64,000 nucleotides of DNA. It comes from Candidatus Dojkabacteria bacterium (GTDB lineage: Bacteria; Patescibacteriota; Dojkabacteria; SC72). The stretch lies in the NCBI GenBank assembly GCA_012842045.1, contig DUTP01000002.1, forward strand, positions 35,601 to 99,600, read 5' to 3'. The translations under genes and the position numbers were made by a program. A model generated the notes under the pieces. It saw only the letters and a program-made list of their open reading frames with translations. It did not search any database and had not been told where the DNA came from. Positions 10,351-19,295 of the stretch are shown here, piece after piece. Every line of letters starts with the position of its first letter. Position 1 is the first letter of the stretch.

Positions 10351-11085
10351 ATGGAAGATAATGTAGCAATAAAAGTAACAAATTTAACAAAGAGATTTAG
10401 AATACCAGAACATGGTTCTCCTACTACTTTGCAAGAGAGATTTGTAAATCCTTTTGCAAAGAAGAAGATGATTGACTTTGTTGCTCTTAAAGATCTCTCT
10501 TTTGATGTTAAAAAGGGAGAGTTCTTTAGTGTAATTGGTCCTAATGGTGCAGGTAAGTCTACATTGTTAAAGTTAATATCAGGAATATATATCCCTGATG
10601 GAGGTAAAATTGATGTTAATGGTAAGCTTGTTCCTTTCTTGGAATTAGGTGTTGGTTTTAATCCGGATCTTAGTGCAAAAGAGAATGTATATCTTAATGG
10701 TACAATTCTTGGTCTTACCGAAAAAGAAATTAATGAGAGTGTAGATGATATCTTTGATTTTGCTGAGCTCAAGGAGTTTGAAGACCTTTCCATTAAAAAG
10801 TTTTCATCTGGTATGCAGGTTAGATTAGCATTTTCAATTGCAATTAGAGTTAAGTCAGATATTTTAGTACTTGATGAGGTATTAGCTGTAGGCGATGGAG
10901 AGTTCCAAAAGAAATGTTTTGCATATTTTGATGATATTGTTGGTAAGAAGACAATACTGTTTGTATCTCATGGGTTAGAGAGTGTAAGAAGATATTCCGA
11001 TAGAGTACTTTGGTTAAAGGAAGATAAGACATATGAGATAGGGGAGCCTAATGATATTGTTGATAGATATAGTGCTACCTTTTAG
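10351..11085 (+). CDS. ABC exporter ATP-binding protein (Wzt/TagH-like)
   Basis: Walker A GPNGAGKST, signature FSSGMQVRLAFSIA, Walker B ILVLDEVLAVGD. Confidence 0.9.
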   Translation: MEDNVAIKVTNLTKRFRIPEHGSPTTLQERFVNPFAKKKMIDFVALKDLSFDVKKGEFFSVIGPNGAGKSTLLKLISGIYIPDGGKIDVNGKLVPFLELGVGFNPDLSAKENVYLNGTILGLTEKEINESVDDIFDFAELKEFEDLSIKKFSSGMQVRLAFSIAIRVKSDILVLDEVLAVGDGEFQKKCFAYFDDIVGKKTILFVSHGLESVRRYSDRVLWLKEDKTYEIGEPNDIVDRYSATF

Positions 11086-11109
11086 CAACTTAAGTTACTA
11101 CTAGAATAT

Positions 11110-12987
11110 ATGAGGATAATTGAACTTTTTCAGAGGATAGTAAGTAGAATTCCAATATATTTCAAACAACTAATTACCTCTTTTAAAAAACATGGTATCT
11201 TAAATACCTTCAAGAGAATATTAAAAAAGATTTGGAGATTTGTAATAACTGGTGGAGATGGTTCTAAGCTAATGAGAATATCATATGGGGAATGGATGGA
11301 GAATGTAGAGAGTAAGTATCTCAACGAAGAATCAATGAAGAGAGATTTGAAGAAACTTAAGGTTAATCCTAAGTTTTCAATAGTATTTCCTGTGTGGAAT
11401 AAGTCTGAAGAGATGTTACAAGCAGCCTTGGATTCAATTACTTCACAGGTATATGATAATTGGGAGATATGTATATCTGATGGTTCTACTAAGAATGTTA
11501 AAGAGACGAGAGAGTTTCTTAAGAACTTTGCTAAGAAGTATGGTAAGAAGGTTAAGTTTTCTACGATTGATATTGAAGGAATTAATATAATTGAGAATAG
11601 TAATAATGCATTGAGTTTGGCAACTGGAGAGTATGTTGTCTTTATGGATTGTGATGATGAGATATCTAAGAATTGTTTGTTGGAGTTAGCTAAGGGTATT
11701 GAAAAACATCCTGAAGTAGAATTCATGTACAGTGATTTTGATAAGATTGATGAAAACGGTAAAAGGTTTGATCCTTCTTTTTGGCCTGATTGGTCTCCCC
11801 ACACACTTACAGCACAGATGTATACAACTCATGTTACTTGTTACCGTAGGGATGTAGTAGAGGAGTTAGGAGGACTTGTTAAGAGTACTGAGGGTGCGCA
11901 GGATTGGGATTTAGTAATGAGATATCTTACAAGAGGGAATTGGAAGGTTTTACATATTCCTAAGATACTCTACCATTGGAGGGTATATCCAGGTTCTACT
12001 GCTTTAGCAGGTAGTGGTGCTAAGAGTTGGGCATACGAGAATCAGAGAGCAGTACTAGAGAGATATCTTGAGAGGAGAAAATTAAAGGGAGAGGTGCTAG
12101 AAGGTCCTTTTGAAGGAGCTTGGAGAATTAAGTTTAACATTATCGGTAATCCTAAAGTTAGTATTGTGATACCAACTAAGGACAAGGTGGATTACTTAGA
12201 AAGAGCAATTGATAGTATTTGGGAACATACGAAATATAAAAATTATGAAATAGTTATAGTTGATAACAGGAGTGAAGAGGAAGAAACAAAGGAGTATTTT
12301 GAAGAGATTAAAGAGAAAGGTGTTAAGGTTTTGGAATATGATAAACCATTTCATTTTGGTAAGTTGTATAACTGGGCAGCTACTAAGGTTGATGGTGAAT
12401 ATATGTTGGTACTTAATAATGATGTTAAGGTTCTTAATGATGATTGGTTAGAGAGTATGTTAGAGTGGGCTCAATTACCAGAAGTAGGTAGTGTAGGAGC
12501 TAAGCTTTACTATCCTGATGGTAAGATTCAACATGCAGGAGTAATTGTTGGTGCTGGAGGAGCAGCTGCACACTCTCATAGGTTGTTAGATGGAGATGTA
12601 TTTGGTTATGAGGGTTGTGTTGTTAATGTCAGAAACTATTTAGCAGTTACAGGAGCTTGTATGATGGTAAGCCGAAAGCTCTTTTTAGATATGGGAGGTT
12701 TTGATGAACAGTTTGATCCTGCGTATCAAGATGTTGATTTTGGAATTAGGTTGTATGATGAGAAAGGTTTGTTCAATGTATATACCCCTTATACAGAACT
12801 CATACATTATGAATCTGTGACTAGGTTTGATAGTAAGAACAAAGAAAAATTAGAGAAGGATACAGTTAATGCAGAGAAATTAAGAAAGAAATGGCCACAA
12901 TATATTGAATATATGGGAGGTAGGGACCCTTTCTACAATGACAACCTATCCTACGCCCATGAAGATTTTAGGATAAGAAGAGAGTAG
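11110..12987 (+). CDS. two-domain family-2 glycosyltransferase
   Basis: Two successive GT2 cores (PKFSIVFPVWNKSE... and PKVSIVIPTKDKVDYLERA...), each with DxD-type motifs. This architecture is usual for Wzm/Wzt-dependent polymerising glycosyltransferases. Confidence 0.8.
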   Translation: MRIIELFQRIVSRIPIYFKQLITSFKKHGILNTFKRILKKIWRFVITGGDGSKLMRISYGEWMENVESKYLNEESMKRDLKKLKVNPKFSIVFPVWNKSEEMLQAALDSITSQVYDNWEICISDGSTKNVKETREFLKNFAKKYGKKVKFSTIDIEGINIIENSNNALSLATGEYVVFMDCDDEISKNCLLELAKGIEKHPEVEFMYSDFDKIDENGKRFDPSFWPDWSPHTLTAQMYTTHVTCYRRDVVEELGGLVKSTEGAQDWDLVMRYLTRGNWKVLHIPKILYHWRVYPGSTALAGSGAKSWAYENQRAVLERYLERRKLKGEVLEGPFEGAWRIKFNIIGNPKVSIVIPTKDKVDYLERAIDSIWEHTKYKNYEIVIVDNRSEEEETKEYFEEIKEKGVKVLEYDKPFHFGKLYNWAATKVDGEYMLVLNNDVKVLNDDWLESMLEWAQLPEVGSVGAKLYYPDGKIQHAGVIVGAGGAAAHSHRLLDGDVFGYEGCVVNVRNYLAVTGACMMVSRKLFLDMGGFDEQFDPAYQDVDFGIRLYDEKGLFNVYTPYTELIHYESVTRFDSKNKEKLEKDTVNAEKLRKKWPQYIEYMGGRDPFYNDNLSYAHEDFRIRRE

Positions 12988-12989
12988 CT

Positions 12990-14336
12990 ATGAAAAAAAA
13001 GAAAAGAAAAATAGAGTGGAAGAAAATAAACAAGATAATACTTACAGTACAGTTAGTTATATTTTTTGTTTTTGGTCTCTTTCTTGCACTAAATATTAGA
13101 ACAAATATTGGTCCTGATGAGCCTCACCACTTCTATGTAGCACATGCATATTCTGAAACTTGGGGAGTACCCGAAAACACACCAGCAACATATCAGTTTG
13201 GAGATATTACATCGGCCAATGTTCTAGCACATTGGATCAATGCAAGGTTGTTAAATATGAATTTCCTTAAGGTCGATGAACTACATCTTCTAAGAATATT
13301 CAACCTCTTAACTTCCGTTGGTGCACTACTTCTGTTCTACAAATTAACAGGATATGTAATTAAGAAGGAGAAGTATCGCACTATCCCTGTCATCCTTCTA
13401 GCAAACACCCTTATGTTCCAATTTCTTTCTGGAATGATTAACTATGATAATCTCACCAACTTTTTTGCAGTACTTTCAATAATCTACTTTGTGAAGATAT
13501 TTAAAGAGCCAAAAGAGATAAAGAACTACGCGTTATGGGCAATCTTTACTTGTTTAGGTGTTCTTACAAAATATACAATTTTTCCACTTGCTCTAGTAGA
13601 ATTCATCTTAATTATCAGTATCCTCATCAAAGAGAAAGTGAAGTTTAATATGAAGGAGAAGAAGTTTTGGTTGTATGTACTTCTTGTTTTAATCTTTCTT
13701 CTACCAGTAGTTCTCTTGTATGGAAAAAATATTGTTACATACAAACATCTTTTTCCTCGTTGTGAAGAAGTTATGACAGTTGAGCAATGTATGAACAGTG
13801 GTGTTTTTAGAAGGGACTATGGACAGTCAGCAGGGATAAAGTTGTTAAGTAAAGAGGGGATAGGAATGGTCTTCTCGAGAAGGTGGAATCCTGTTAAATA
13901 CTTCTTAAAATGGTCTTGGGAGATGAATCATAGGATCTATGGCATTATGGCTCACAAAGACATGTTTATGCCACACAATCTTCATCTTACCTTTGCAATA
14001 TATCCAATATCATTTGTGTTTCTTTTTCTCAAAGATCTAAAGAAAAAAGAGAAGTTAGATATCTACCTACTAATAGTTCTTCTCTTCTATACCTTCGTTC
14101 TAGCATTTGTACAAAACTATCCAACATATCTAAACAGAAATGGTGTGATATTTGCTCTTCAAGGAAGATATATCTTTCCTGTAATATTCATCTACTATAC
14201 TCTTCTAGTGAAATATATTGGAGAAATTAAGAATAAATATGTGAGAATATTGTTCTTTGTAATACTCATAACAATGTTTCTTCTCTCTTGTATTCCATTC
14301 TTCCTTTTGAGTGTTACACCGGATTGGTTTGTTTAA
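12990..14336 (+). CDS. polytopic membrane protein, GT-C-fold (ArnT/PMT-like) glycosyltransferase candidate
   Basis: 10 or more TM helices and a first-loop DEPHHF motif that resembles the DE motif of GT39/GT83 enzymes. Confidence 0.55.
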   Translation: MKKKKRKIEWKKINKIILTVQLVIFFVFGLFLALNIRTNIGPDEPHHFYVAHAYSETWGVPENTPATYQFGDITSANVLAHWINARLLNMNFLKVDELHLLRIFNLLTSVGALLLFYKLTGYVIKKEKYRTIPVILLANTLMFQFLSGMINYDNLTNFFAVLSIIYFVKIFKEPKEIKNYALWAIFTCLGVLTKYTIFPLALVEFILIISILIKEKVKFNMKEKKFWLYVLLVLIFLLPVVLLYGKNIVTYKHLFPRCEEVMTVEQCMNSGVFRRDYGQSAGIKLLSKEGIGMVFSRRWNPVKYFLKWSWEMNHRIYGIMAHKDMFMPHNLHLTFAIYPISFVFLFLKDLKKKEKLDIYLLIVLLFYTFVLAFVQNYPTYLNRNGVIFALQGRYIFPVIFIYYTLLVKYIGEIKNKYVRILFFVILITMFLLSCIPFFLLSVTPDWFV

Positions 14337-14384
14337 TATGTATCTTTGGAATATAATAGCTTAGTTATTTTACAAAAAACACAT

Positions 14385-15659
14385 ATGAAAAAAGTATCAA
14401 TAGTAGGACTTGGTTATGTTGGATTACCACTAGCTCTTGCAATAGAGAGGAGTAAGAAGTATGAAGTGGTAGGTTTTGATATTAGTAAAGATCAAGTTAA
14501 GAAAATACTCTCAAAGGAGTGTCCCATTACAGATGAGCTAGCAGAGAGAGACCTTAATGAATTAGATCTTCATGCAACAACAGATAGTGATGAGTTAAAG
14601 GATACGGATATCTTCATCATATGTGTACCTACACCTGTTCTTGATGACTATACTCCAGACTACACACCTGTAATTAGTGCAGGTAAAACAATATCTAAGT
14701 ACTTAAAGAAAGGTGCTACTGTTGTTTTAGAATCAACAGTTAATCCAGGTACATGTGAAGAAATTTTAGTTCCTGTTTTGGAGGAAGGTAGTAAGTTAGT
14801 TGCAGGTAAAGATTTCAATGTAGCTATGTGTCCTGAGAGAATTAATCCTGGTGACCCTAAGTGGAATGTTTACAATATTCCTAGGAATATTGGTAGTCTA
14901 ATGAAAGAGAAAACAAAAGAGATTGCTGATTTCTACAGAAGTTTCTTAGATGCAGAGATTAATGAGGTATCTACTATCAAGGTGGCTGAATCTACAAAGA
15001 TTGTTGAGAATGCATTTAGAGATATTAATATTGCATATGTTAATGAGCTTGCTAAATCTTTTGATGCAATGGATATTGATCTAATTGAAACTCTAAAGGG
15101 TGCTTCTACCAAACCTTTCTCTTTCATGGTACATTGGCCAAGTAGGGGAGTTGGGGGACATTGTATTGCAGTTGATCCATATTACTTAATCAAAAGGGCA
15201 CAGGAAGCAGGTTTTGATCACAGATTCTTGAAGATAGCTAGAGATATTAACAACAGTATGCCAGAGTATACAGTATCTAGATTGCAAGAGGGACTTAATG
15301 AGATAGAGAAGTCAGTAAAGGGTACTAAGGTTGGATTACTAGGTTTAAGTTACAAATCTAATGTAGCAGACCTTAGAGAGAGTCCTAGTTTAGAGATATT
15401 GGATATATTAAAGAAAATGGGTGCAGAGGTAATATCATATGATCCTCATACATTAGATATCTCTGATGTGAAAGAATTAGATGATTTGTTGGAGAAAGTA
15501 GATGCCGTTATACTAGGTACATATCATGATATCTTTGGTGATTTAACAGAAGAGATACTTAAGAGGAAGAATATCAAGGTGGTGGTAGATGGGGTGAATA
15601 AGTTGGATAAGGAGAGGTTAGTAAAAGGTAAGGTGATATATAGAGGAATTGGGAGATAA
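14385..15659 (+). CDS. UDP-sugar 6-dehydrogenase family (UDP-glucose/UDP-ManNAc dehydrogenase)
   Basis: N-terminal Rossmann IVGLGYVGLPLA and the catalytic-cysteine region GGHCIAVDPYY. The ATG at 14385 is preferred over the track start. Confidence 0.85.
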   Translation: MKKVSIVGLGYVGLPLALAIERSKKYEVVGFDISKDQVKKILSKECPITDELAERDLNELDLHATTDSDELKDTDIFIICVPTPVLDDYTPDYTPVISAGKTISKYLKKGATVVLESTVNPGTCEEILVPVLEEGSKLVAGKDFNVAMCPERINPGDPKWNVYNIPRNIGSLMKEKTKEIADFYRSFLDAEINEVSTIKVAESTKIVENAFRDINIAYVNELAKSFDAMDIDLIETLKGASTKPFSFMVHWPSRGVGGHCIAVDPYYLIKRAQEAGFDHRFLKIARDINNSMPEYTVSRLQEGLNEIEKSVKGTKVGLLGLSYKSNVADLRESPSLEILDILKKMGAEVISYDPHTLDISDVKELDDLLEKVDAVILGTYHDIFGDLTEEILKRKNIKVVVDGVNKLDKERLVKGKVIYRGIGR

Positions 15660-15679
15660 TTTTAAAATAACATAATACT

Positions 15680-16627
15680 ATGAAACTACTAATATACATG
15701 CCTGCCCTTAATGAAGAGAAAGGATTAGGTGGAGTAATTAAAGACCTACCTAAGAAGATAGATGGTATTGATGAGATTAAAACATTAGTTGTAGATGATG
15801 GGAGTACGGATAGGACAGTTGAAATTGCAAGAGAAAATGGTGCAGATGTAATTAGTCATGGTACAAACAAGGGAGTAGGTAGTGCATTCCATAGTGCAGT
15901 AGAGTATGCATTGGATAATAGGGTGGATATATTAGTGAGTATAGATGCTGATAGACAATTTAATAGTAAACAGATACCAGACATAATACAACCAATACTA
16001 AAAAATGAAGCTGATATGGTTACAGGTGATAGATTCCATAGTGGTATTCCAGAGAATATGTCTAAGACAAAGTACTGGGGAAACAAACAGATGTCTAGGT
16101 TAATATCCTTACTTAGTGGTAAGAAGTTTAGAGATGTGTCATGTGGTTTTAGAGCATATGGTAGAGAAGCATTACTCAAATTAAATCTCTTTGGTCAGTT
16201 TACATATACTCAAGAGACAATCATGGATATGGTATTTAAAGGTATGAGGGTGATAGAGTTTCCAATAGATATTAAGTATTTTAAGGAGAGAAAGTCTAGA
16301 GTAGCTAGTAGTATTTTGAACTATATGTTTAGAACCTTAAAGATAATCATTCGTACAGTTAGAGATTACAAACCTATGATTTTCTTTGGAGGTATGGGAG
16401 CAATTCTCTTACTTATAGGTATGGGGTTTGAAGCATTCCTCTTCTATCACTATTTTACAGCAGGTCGTTTTTCACCATACAAGGCTGTTGGATTCATAGG
16501 ATTGGGATTCTTAGTATTTGGTTTGTTGTTGGTAATAGTAGGATTATTAGCAGATATGTTTAATAGAGTAAGAATTAATCAAGAAAAAATACTTTATGAA
16601 TTAAAGAAAGGGAAGTATGAAGAGTAA
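15680..16627 (+). CDS. polyprenol-phosphate sugar synthase (DPM1/GtrB/CsbB-like GT2) with a C-terminal TM pair
   Basis: GT2 core LVVDDGSTDRT plus a C-terminal two-helix membrane anchor, as in Dpm1/GtrB. Confidence 0.8.
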   Translation: MKLLIYMPALNEEKGLGGVIKDLPKKIDGIDEIKTLVVDDGSTDRTVEIARENGADVISHGTNKGVGSAFHSAVEYALDNRVDILVSIDADRQFNSKQIPDIIQPILKNEADMVTGDRFHSGIPENMSKTKYWGNKQMSRLISLLSGKKFRDVSCGFRAYGREALLKLNLFGQFTYTQETIMDMVFKGMRVIEFPIDIKYFKERKSRVASSILNYMFRTLKIIIRTVRDYKPMIFFGGMGAILLLIGMGFEAFLFYHYFTAGRFSPYKAVGFIGLGFLVFGLLLVIVGLLADMFNRVRINQEKILYELKKGKYEE

Positions 16628-17696
16628 GGTATGCTATATTCTCTCCTACAAAGCCCCCAACTATGTTAGAACAACATCCTTAATTAATGCATTATCTCGT
16701 CTAGAGAATATAGAACTTTTTCAAGCAAGAAACAAATCAAAAGGGTTAATAAGATATTTTGAGACCTTCTTCAATTTTCTAAAAATACGATTTAAAGTAA
16801 ATCCAGATATTTACATAATTGGATTTAGAGGACATGAGATATATTGGTTGTATAGAATTTTTGGACTGAGAAAGAAGTTTGTTTTTGATGCAATGATGTC
16901 TCCATATGATTCTTTAGTAAATGAAAAGAAAACATTACAAAAGAATTCCTTGTTAGCAAAGATAATATATTTTCTTGAAAGAAGTATATTAAGAAATGCA
17001 GAGTATGTTCTTACAGATACTAATCTTCATGCTTCTTTCTTTGCTAAAACTTTTGGTATAGATAAAAAGAAAATTAAAGTTATTCCAGTTGGTACAGATG
17101 AGGGTATGTTTGATATGGAGAAGACGAAAGAGATTAATTTAGGAGAGGAGTTTACACTTTTCTTCTATGGTACATTTCTTCCTTTGCATGGTATAGATGT
17201 GATTTTGAAAGCAGCTAAACTTTTAGAGAAGTACCCAATTAAATTCATCATAGCTGGTGGTAGGGGAAATAAAAAAGCATTAAAGGAGTTTAGAGATGAG
17301 GTTGAGAATCTATCTTTAAAGAATGTAGAGTACTTTGAATGGATAGAATTTGATAAGTTACCTCAATATATTAAGTCTGCAGATCTTTGTTTGGGAGGTG
17401 CTTTTGGAGGTACACCACAGGCAAGGAGAGTTATTACTGGTAAGACATGTCAATTTCTACAGATGGGTAGACCCACTGTTATTGGTAAGATTGATGAGAA
17501 TGTAGGGTTTGTAGATAAAAAGAACTGTTTACTTGTAGAACAAGGTGATGCTCAGGATTTAGCAGATAGTATACTTTGGGCATATGAAAACAGGGAGAAG
17601 TTAGATGATATTGGTAAGCAAGGAAGAGAGCTTTTTAAGGAGAGGTTTACACATGATAGACTTAAGGATAAATTTGATTTCCTTAACAAAACATAG
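16617..17696 (+). CDS. GT-B fold (GT4-like) glycosyltransferase
   Basis: The C-terminal Glycos_transf_1-like region FTLFFYGTFLPLHGIDVILKAA...FIIAGG is present. The start overlaps the upstream gene by 11 nt. Confidence 0.6.
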   Translation: MKSKVCYILSYKAPNYVRTTSLINALSRLENIELFQARNKSKGLIRYFETFFNFLKIRFKVNPDIYIIGFRGHEIYWLYRIFGLRKKFVFDAMMSPYDSLVNEKKTLQKNSLLAKIIYFLERSILRNAEYVLTDTNLHASFFAKTFGIDKKKIKVIPVGTDEGMFDMEKTKEINLGEEFTLFFYGTFLPLHGIDVILKAAKLLEKYPIKFIIAGGRGNKKALKEFRDEVENLSLKNVEYFEWIEFDKLPQYIKSADLCLGGAFGGTPQARRVITGKTCQFLQMGRPTVIGKIDENVGFVDKKNCLLVEQGDAQDLADSILWAYENREKLDDIGKQGRELFKERFTHDRLKDKFDFLNKT

Positions 17697-17725
17697 TAGT
17701 CTACTTAATCTAATTATTCGATATT

Positions 17726-18337
17726 ATGAAAGAATTTACAGGCAAATATACTGATAGTGGGAAGATAGGAAATATGCTCCTAGATAACTATTTTCGTTCT
17801 CTGGAAATATTACTTAATAAAATACCTAAGCAAGAATTGAAGAACAGAAAGATTCTTGAAGTTGGTTGTGGTTCTGGTTACTCTACCGAGAGAATTAAAG
17901 AAATGCTTCCTAAGAATGTGGAATTTACTGCTTCAGATATAGAAGATGAGAATGTAAAGAATGCTAAAAAGAAGCTAGGTAAATCTTTCGTTGTGACTAA
18001 AGAGAGCGTTTATGATTTACAAAGAAAAGACAAATCGATAGATTTGATATTTTTGTTAGAGGTATTAGAACATTTAGAATACCCAGATAAAGCGTTAAAA
18101 GAACTTAAGAGAGTAGGTAGAAATTATGTAATAATAGGTGTTCCAAGAGAGCCCATCTGGAGAATCTTGAATATGGCTCGTCTTAAGTATTTGAAAGATT
18201 TTGGTAACACTCCTGGTCATATACAGCATTGGGGTAGGAGATCTCTTTTGAAATTCCTTAAGAGTAAGGGATTTGAAATAGTAGGAGTAGAGAATCCTCT
18301 TCCTTGGACTATAGTTCTAGTAAAGATATCAAAATAG
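17726..18337 (+). CDS. class I SAM-dependent methyltransferase
   Basis: Motif I ILEVGCGSGYST, followed by an acidic residue and the post-I/II pattern. Confidence 0.75.
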   Translation: MKEFTGKYTDSGKIGNMLLDNYFRSLEILLNKIPKQELKNRKILEVGCGSGYSTERIKEMLPKNVEFTASDIEDENVKNAKKKLGKSFVVTKESVYDLQRKDKSIDLIFLLEVLEHLEYPDKALKELKRVGRNYVIIGVPREPIWRILNMARLKYLKDFGNTPGHIQHWGRRSLLKFLKSKGFEIVGVENPLPWTIVLVKISK

Positions 18338-18338
18338 A

Positions 18339-19295
18339 ATGAAAAAATTACTTAAATATTTAAAAATTGTCATAACCATAGCTGTTTTAGGTTTCTTTGT
18401 TTACTATTTCATTAACAACAAAGAAGATCTTCTTAAAGTATTATCTGTTCCAATTCTTCCTTTGGTAGGAATAATGATTTCTTACAGTATTGTCTTTTAT
18501 CTTAATGGGGTATTTATAAAAGTAATTTTGAAAACATTTAAAAAGAAGATATCTCTCATAGAGTCTTTCTATGTATCTGTCATATCTTCGTTAGGTAATT
18601 ACTTTTTACCAATGAGGGGAGGTGCTGTTATTAGGTCTGTGTATTTAAAAAAGAATTTTGAATTTCCATATGAGTATTTTGTTTCTACTTTGTATGGATA
18701 TTATATTATTGTTTTCTTAGTTAATGCTTTTGTTGGCTTAATATCCTTAGTTGTTATTTCGATGAAGTATGGTATTACATCTATACCTTTGTATCTTTTC
18801 TTTGGGGGTCTTTTTGTAGCTATGTTAGTACTTAGTTTTGTTAAATTTCCAGTTAAGAAGATTAAGGGTAGTAAGAATAAGGTAATAGATAAGGTGTTGA
18901 GTGTTATTAAGAATATATTAGAAGGTTGGAATATGATTGTAGAGAATAAAAGGTTGTTAATTTCTTTAATAGTAATAACTTTAGTAGCATTAGTTGCAGG
19001 TATAGCTTTGTTCTATTTTGAGTTTAGAGCACTAAGTATAGATGCTAGTATTATGAATGTTATCTTATATAACTGTTTATCAGGAGTATCATTGTTAGTT
19101 AGTATTACACCTGGATCATTAGGTATTAGAGAGGGGATATTCTCTATTACTTCTGATATACTAGGTATTAGTAATGAACAGATTATGCAATTAGCATTAT
19201 TAGATAGAGGTGTTAGTGTTATTGTATTAGTTGTGTTGTTTGTGCCTCTATATACGATTGTAAGTTTTAAAAAGAGATATGAAGCTTCTAAGTAG
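18339..19295 (+). CDS. flippase-like membrane protein (UPF0104 / lysyl-PG-synthase TM-domain family)
   Basis: 8 TM helices and the family hallmark LPMRGGAVIRSVYL. Confidence 0.65.
   Translation: MKKLLKYLKIVITIAVLGFFVYYFINNKEDLLKVLSVPILPLVGIMISYSIVFYLNGVFIKVILKTFKKKISLIESFYVSVISSLGNYFLPMRGGAVIRSVYLKKNFEFPYEYFVSTLYGYYIIVFLVNAFVGLISLVVISMKYGITSIPLYLFFGGLFVAMLVLSFVKFPVKKIKGSKNKVIDKVLSVIKNILEGWNMIVENKRLLISLIVITLVALVAGIALFYFEFRALSIDASIMNVILYNCLSGVSLLVSITPGSLGIREGIFSITSDILGISNEQIMQLALLDRGVSVIVLVVLFVPLYTIVSFKKRYEASK

Noticed and set aside
10284-10793. 169-aa minus-strand ORF
   Set aside because: Antisense to the ABC ATPase gene, whose Walker motifs are intact on the plus strand.
11130-11804. 224-aa minus-strand ORF inside the two-domain GT2 gene
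   Set aside because: It is entirely antisense to a well-supported GT2 coding region. Its composition is Ser/Leu/Ile-rich shadow-frame sequence with no start context.
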